IMG/VR virus record: IMGVR_UViG_3300035698_035366
Coordinates: 124,001-188,000 of that record
Strand: one strand, 5' to 3'
Length of the DNA: 64,000 nucleotides
Shown: positions 60,731-64,000 of the stretch, one piece after another
Layout: each line of letters begins with the position of its first letter
How positions within the stretch are numbered: the first letter of the stretch is position 1
The notes under the pieces: model-generated
Seen by the model: only the letters and a program-made list of their open reading frames with translations
Told to the model about the DNA's origin: nothing
Database searches by the model: none
Position numbers and translations under genes: made by a program

Positions 60731-62837
60731 GACGTCTAATTGTATTAAACAGGGTTCGGAATTCTATAAATGCCGTGGTCATTTCGCCTCTCGAGTCCGA
60801 ATATGCAATGTCATATGCTAGATCCATTAATCTCTCAATTTCATCACTGGTTGCCTTCTTTCGAACAATAACAACTAAACGTACCCATCTAAATGGCACT
60901 GGATATCCCGGATACTTATCACCTCGAACTGGTCTATAACCAGTATCAGGAACTGATTCCTCTGGCACCGGCACTATGGTATCAGACATTTTTTCTGTTT
61001 CAATTTCAGTTGTTATATTAAACGATGATTCAGTTGTGGTTTTCTTCTCCCCGAGTTCAGTAGTCTGAGACCCATCTGACCATTTAATTGTTGTAACTGT
61101 CCAAGTTGTTAAAGTGGTAACGGTTTCAGTTTTAATTTGGAAATGATGATCTTCATAAACAACTGTATGAACATCACCATTGTCATGTGTGTGGGTTTCT
61201 GTTCTTTGTTCAACATGGGTCTCTTGACGAATTGGATCCAAAACTTGGATATTTTCAATTTTTTCAAGGTTTACAAATCTACCAGTTTCTTTTAGTTCTT
61301 TCTCCAAAATGGGTGTAAGTTTACTGTCGATAACTTCGTGAGAATGCGATACACTAACATCATCCTTGATTGTAATGCCCTCAAATGGTTCACCCTGTTT
61401 AACACCAATTGTACCATCAGAATATTTGGTTGTTGTAACCCATGCTTTGGTTATTATTGTGGAAATTTTTATCGTTGTAACGTGTTTGTAAAAACGAACC
61501 AACTCCCACAGGATAGAACCATCACTTTGTTCCGTTTCTTGTTCCTTATCTTCAAACGTAGTAACTGTTATTGGATCACCTTCACTTACCACTGTTGATA
61601 ATGTTTTGTATTCAGTCTTAACATCAACCACAGTAATTTCCTCAACAACCGGCTCTGGTTTAGCTTTTTCAATAATTGGTTCTAGATCAACATATAACGC
61701 TCTATTTGCTGAGGTTTGTGTAGCTCTTGAATGTAATGCTAATGTATCTTTGATAGATGAATTAACAACCCATTCATGAACATGTTCAACGTCCTTTGCA
61801 TTAGCGGTTGTTTCCATTCCTTGAGCATAAAGGGCGCAGGCTCCAGCAACGTGGGGTGAAGCCATCGAGGTACCTGAAAGCATATTTTCAGAATCAACGC
61901 CATCTTTTCCAGCAGCGCAAATATAATGGCCAGGGGCAAAAACGTCAACTGTTTTACCATAATTGGAGAATGAAGAAATTCTATCCTTGATATCATGTGA
62001 ACCAACAGTAACAGCGCGGGCAACTTCAGCAGGCATAACATCGTAACCAACTTCTGCAAGATCCCTGCCATCGTTACCAGCAGCAACAACACAAATTATT
62101 CCTGCATTGATGCAGTCATTTACAACCTGTTCTTCGGTCTTGTGTGCTGGCCCACCAAGTGATAGGTTCATAATGCTTGGGTTCATATTACCTTGAGCAC
62201 GCTTATTACGGTGATGCTTTAGGCACGCATCAATTCCAGAAACGATAGCAGCAAGAGAAGCACCACCAGTTTCAAACACCTTACTAATAAGAAGATTGCA
62301 TTCCTTAGCTACGCCATACTTCACCCCACCAACTGTAGATGCAACATGAGTTCCATGTCCCTGTTGATCAAACCCATAACCTGTTTGTCCTTTCTTCGCA
62401 TAGTAATCGAAGATTGGAACAGCGCGGCCTTGGAAATCATTATGAGAAAAGTTACAACCAGTATCAACTATATAAACGTCAACATTTTTTCCTGTTCGGT
62501 TATATTCGTATTTTCCATTAAATGGGTACCAGTTGCTATCATTCCATTCGTCACCGTGTGTAATTCTACTTAGTCCCCAATTATCACCAAAACCATATCG
62601 GGAAACAGCAATATTCTGAATAGCTTTAAATTCAACAATAGCATCCGCGGGTGCGACATGTTCGATCTCTCGTTCAGTTTTCAACTTGGTCTTTTTCATA
62701 TCGTCCATTGTAATTTTGAACATACGCTCTAAACCACGATAATCTTCGTCAATCGTAGCGTTATATCTAGAAGCTAGATTTTTGAATCTTTGGTTACTAC
62801 AACCCATTTTAACTGTTACGATATATTCTTTGTTCAT
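60726..62837 (-). CDS. Subtilisin-like S8 serine protease with I9-like prodomain and C-terminal Thr/Val/Glu-rich repeats
   Basis: VYIVDTG (D), GHGTHVAS (H), AAGN, SGTSMASPHVAG (S). RBS AAGGAG. Confidence 0.92.
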   Translation of the reverse strand: MNKEYIVTVKMGCSNQRFKNLASRYNATIDEDYRGLERMFKITMDDMKKTKLKTEREIEHVAPADAIVEFKAIQNIAVSRYGFGDNWGLSRITHGDEWNDSNWYPFNGKYEYNRTGKNVDVYIVDTGCNFSHNDFQGRAVPIFDYYAKKGQTGYGFDQQGHGTHVASTVGGVKYGVAKECNLLISKVFETGGASLAAIVSGIDACLKHHRNKRAQGNMNPSIMNLSLGGPAHKTEEQVVNDCINAGIICVVAAGNDGRDLAEVGYDVMPAEVARAVTVGSHDIKDRISSFSNYGKTVDVFAPGHYICAAGKDGVDSENMLSGTSMASPHVAGACALYAQGMETTANAKDVEHVHEWVVNSSIKDTLALHSRATQTSANRALYVDLEPIIEKAKPEPVVEEITVVDVKTEYKTLSTVVSEGDPITVTTFEDKEQETEQSDGSILWELVRFYKHVTTIKISTIITKAWVTTTKYSDGTIGVKQGEPFEGITIKDDVSVSHSHEVIDSKLTPILEKELKETGRFVNLEKIENIQVLDPIRQETHVEQRTETHTHDNGDVHTVVYEDHHFQIKTETVTTLTTWTVTTIKWSDGSQTTELGEKKTTTESSFNITTEIETEKMSDTIVPVPEESVPDTGYRPVRGDKYPGYPVPFRWVRLVVIVRKKATSDEIERLMDLAYDIAYSDSRGEMTTAFIEFRTLFNTIRRR

Positions 62838-62885
62838 ACCTGAATCTCCTTAGTCGGAATTATATAATTATTTATCATAAAAGTG

Positions 62886-62916
62886 TTGACTTTCTATAGG
62901 GATTGTTGTATAAATA
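62886..62916 (+). promoter_or_regulatory. tmRNA promoter (sigma70 -35/-10 overlapping a T4-type late TATAAATA)
   Basis: TTGACT-17 nt-TATAAA(TA). Confidence 0.75.
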
Positions 62917-62920
62917 TACT

Positions 62921-63220
62921 TGTAAATGCTTGATGCTAATAATAGCAAATCAGGACCCGGGCTCGTTCCCGGCATCTCCACCAACACTTCGGTGGCATCT
63001 CTTTTTTATGGGGATGAAAGGTTCGACTGGTGCGTGAAAGTTTAGTTTAGTTTACATCGGATTGGTGAGCCGACCACAAAGTAACCCGTTTTAAATGCAA
63101 ACGACAATGCTCCCGTACAGGAAATGCGCCTAGCGGCCTGATCCTGGTAGGGAAATTCCGGAGACGAATGCGATCTTCGGTGGAGTTTGGAGGGCACTCA
63201 TCATCAGGAGCCCTCCGTTT
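62921..63220 (+). ncRNA. ssrA: Circularly permuted two-piece tmRNA
   Basis: Acceptor piece ends CATCTCC-A-CCA (62973-62983) and comes before the coding piece starting GGGGATG (63010). The two form a 7-bp stem with G3:U70. Tag ANDNAPVQEMRLAA* at 63097-63141. Outer boundaries are approximate. Confidence 0.92.
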
Positions 63221-63999
63221 TATTCCATAATTTCCAATTCAAGTTCCTCTAATAATATAGAAGAATCACTGCTTTTAGAACTATTTTCAGATACTGTTAA
63301 AAATTCGCAATTTTTTATATGTCCTATTATGGATGGGTCGATTTGATTGTTATAACCATAATGTATACTTAATCGATGATCTTTAACAACCCCACCTGGA
63401 TTATTTTTAGGATGAAACCATCCCAATTTAACCAATAAATCATATCCTTTGATTCCCTTTATATTTTCTGGTGTAATATGAAATGAACAAATAGAACGAT
63501 ATGAATGTATATCTTTTTCAGAACTGGATAAAATACGTTGTTGTTCCTCATTTAATGAGGTTATTTCGTGGTCCATAATTAATTGTAATTCTTTAATTAA
63601 TTCAGAGTATTTAGGATTGGTAATTTCTATTCTCTTTTGTATATGCTCCAATTTTCTAAACGTTGAGAAATTCCTTAAAAACATTTTTCGTATAGATTTG
63701 GTCTTGCGTTTTTGATTAAGTTTATAATAAATAGATTTTGGTATTAAATTATAGGCTAACAGCATCCTGTCCGCAAATATATAATTAGCAAACCCTACAT
63801 CCGATTGATCTATATCAATATTAAATAATGATTTTAACATTAATGATAATTCACTATGTGTTATATTAGGTAATTTCTTTTTGATAACGCCACCAAAGGA
63901 CTGATGCAAATCTGCTAACCCGTCAACTACAATTTCGGTATATGGATAATCGTTACTGTCTGAAGATAATGAACTATTAATATAGGCCCGTAGTTTGAT
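63220..63999 (-). CDS. HNH-like endonuclease; 5' end runs off the window
   Basis: KDHRLSIHYG…IIGHIKNCEFL…ENSSKS. The frame stays open from 63909 to the window edge. Confidence 0.65.
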   Translation of the reverse strand: MKLRAYINSSLSSDSNDYPYTEIVVDGLADLHQSFGGVIKKKLPNITHSELSLMLKSLFNIDIDQSDVGFANYIFADRMLLAYNLIPKSIYYKLNQKRKTKSIRKMFLRNFSTFRKLEHIQKRIEITNPKYSELIKELQLIMDHEITSLNEEQQRILSSSEKDIHSYRSICSFHITPENIKGIKGYDLLVKLGWFHPKNNPGGVVKDHRLSIHYGYNNQIDPSIIGHIKNCEFLTVSENSSKSSDSSILLEELELEIME

Positions 64000-64000
64000 A

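Noticed and set aside
62951-62983. tRNA gene suggested by a T-arm and CCA end
   Set aside because: No upstream D or anticodon arm; its pairing partner lies downstream at 63010, so it is the tmRNA acceptor piece.

Overview
A 64-kb segment of a large, AT-rich, T4-like (Rak2-type) jumbo phage genome. The host is probably an alphaproteobacterium, judging from a Usg-family gene and a circularly permuted two-piece tmRNA with an ANDN...LAA tag. From left to right the window holds: (1) tail-tube-like, head-completion and large terminase genes; (2) an Acb1-like 2H phosphodiesterase; (3) a gp32/UvsX/UvsY recombination block; (4) an AT-rich endonuclease + methyltransferase cassette; (5) a UvsW-like helicase fractured into two genes by a natural split intein with a free-standing endonuclease between the halves; (6) a mini DnaE-like polymerase; (7) a tandem array of small paralogues ending in F-x-x-x-x-D-A-x-L-F-K-L; (8) lipase, phosphatase, primase and DnaB; (9) about 14 kb of acidic, probably protease-processed head proteins; (10) a Cas4-like exonuclease, a tailspike-like protein and nrdA/nrdB/glutaredoxin; (11) Thg1-like, GNAT, an RNA-ligase-like/nucleotidyltransferase polyprotein, a subtilase, the tmRNA and an HNH-like endonuclease. 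All family assignments come from motif recognition by eye; no searches were run. No CRISPR array, rRNA or complete tRNA was seen.
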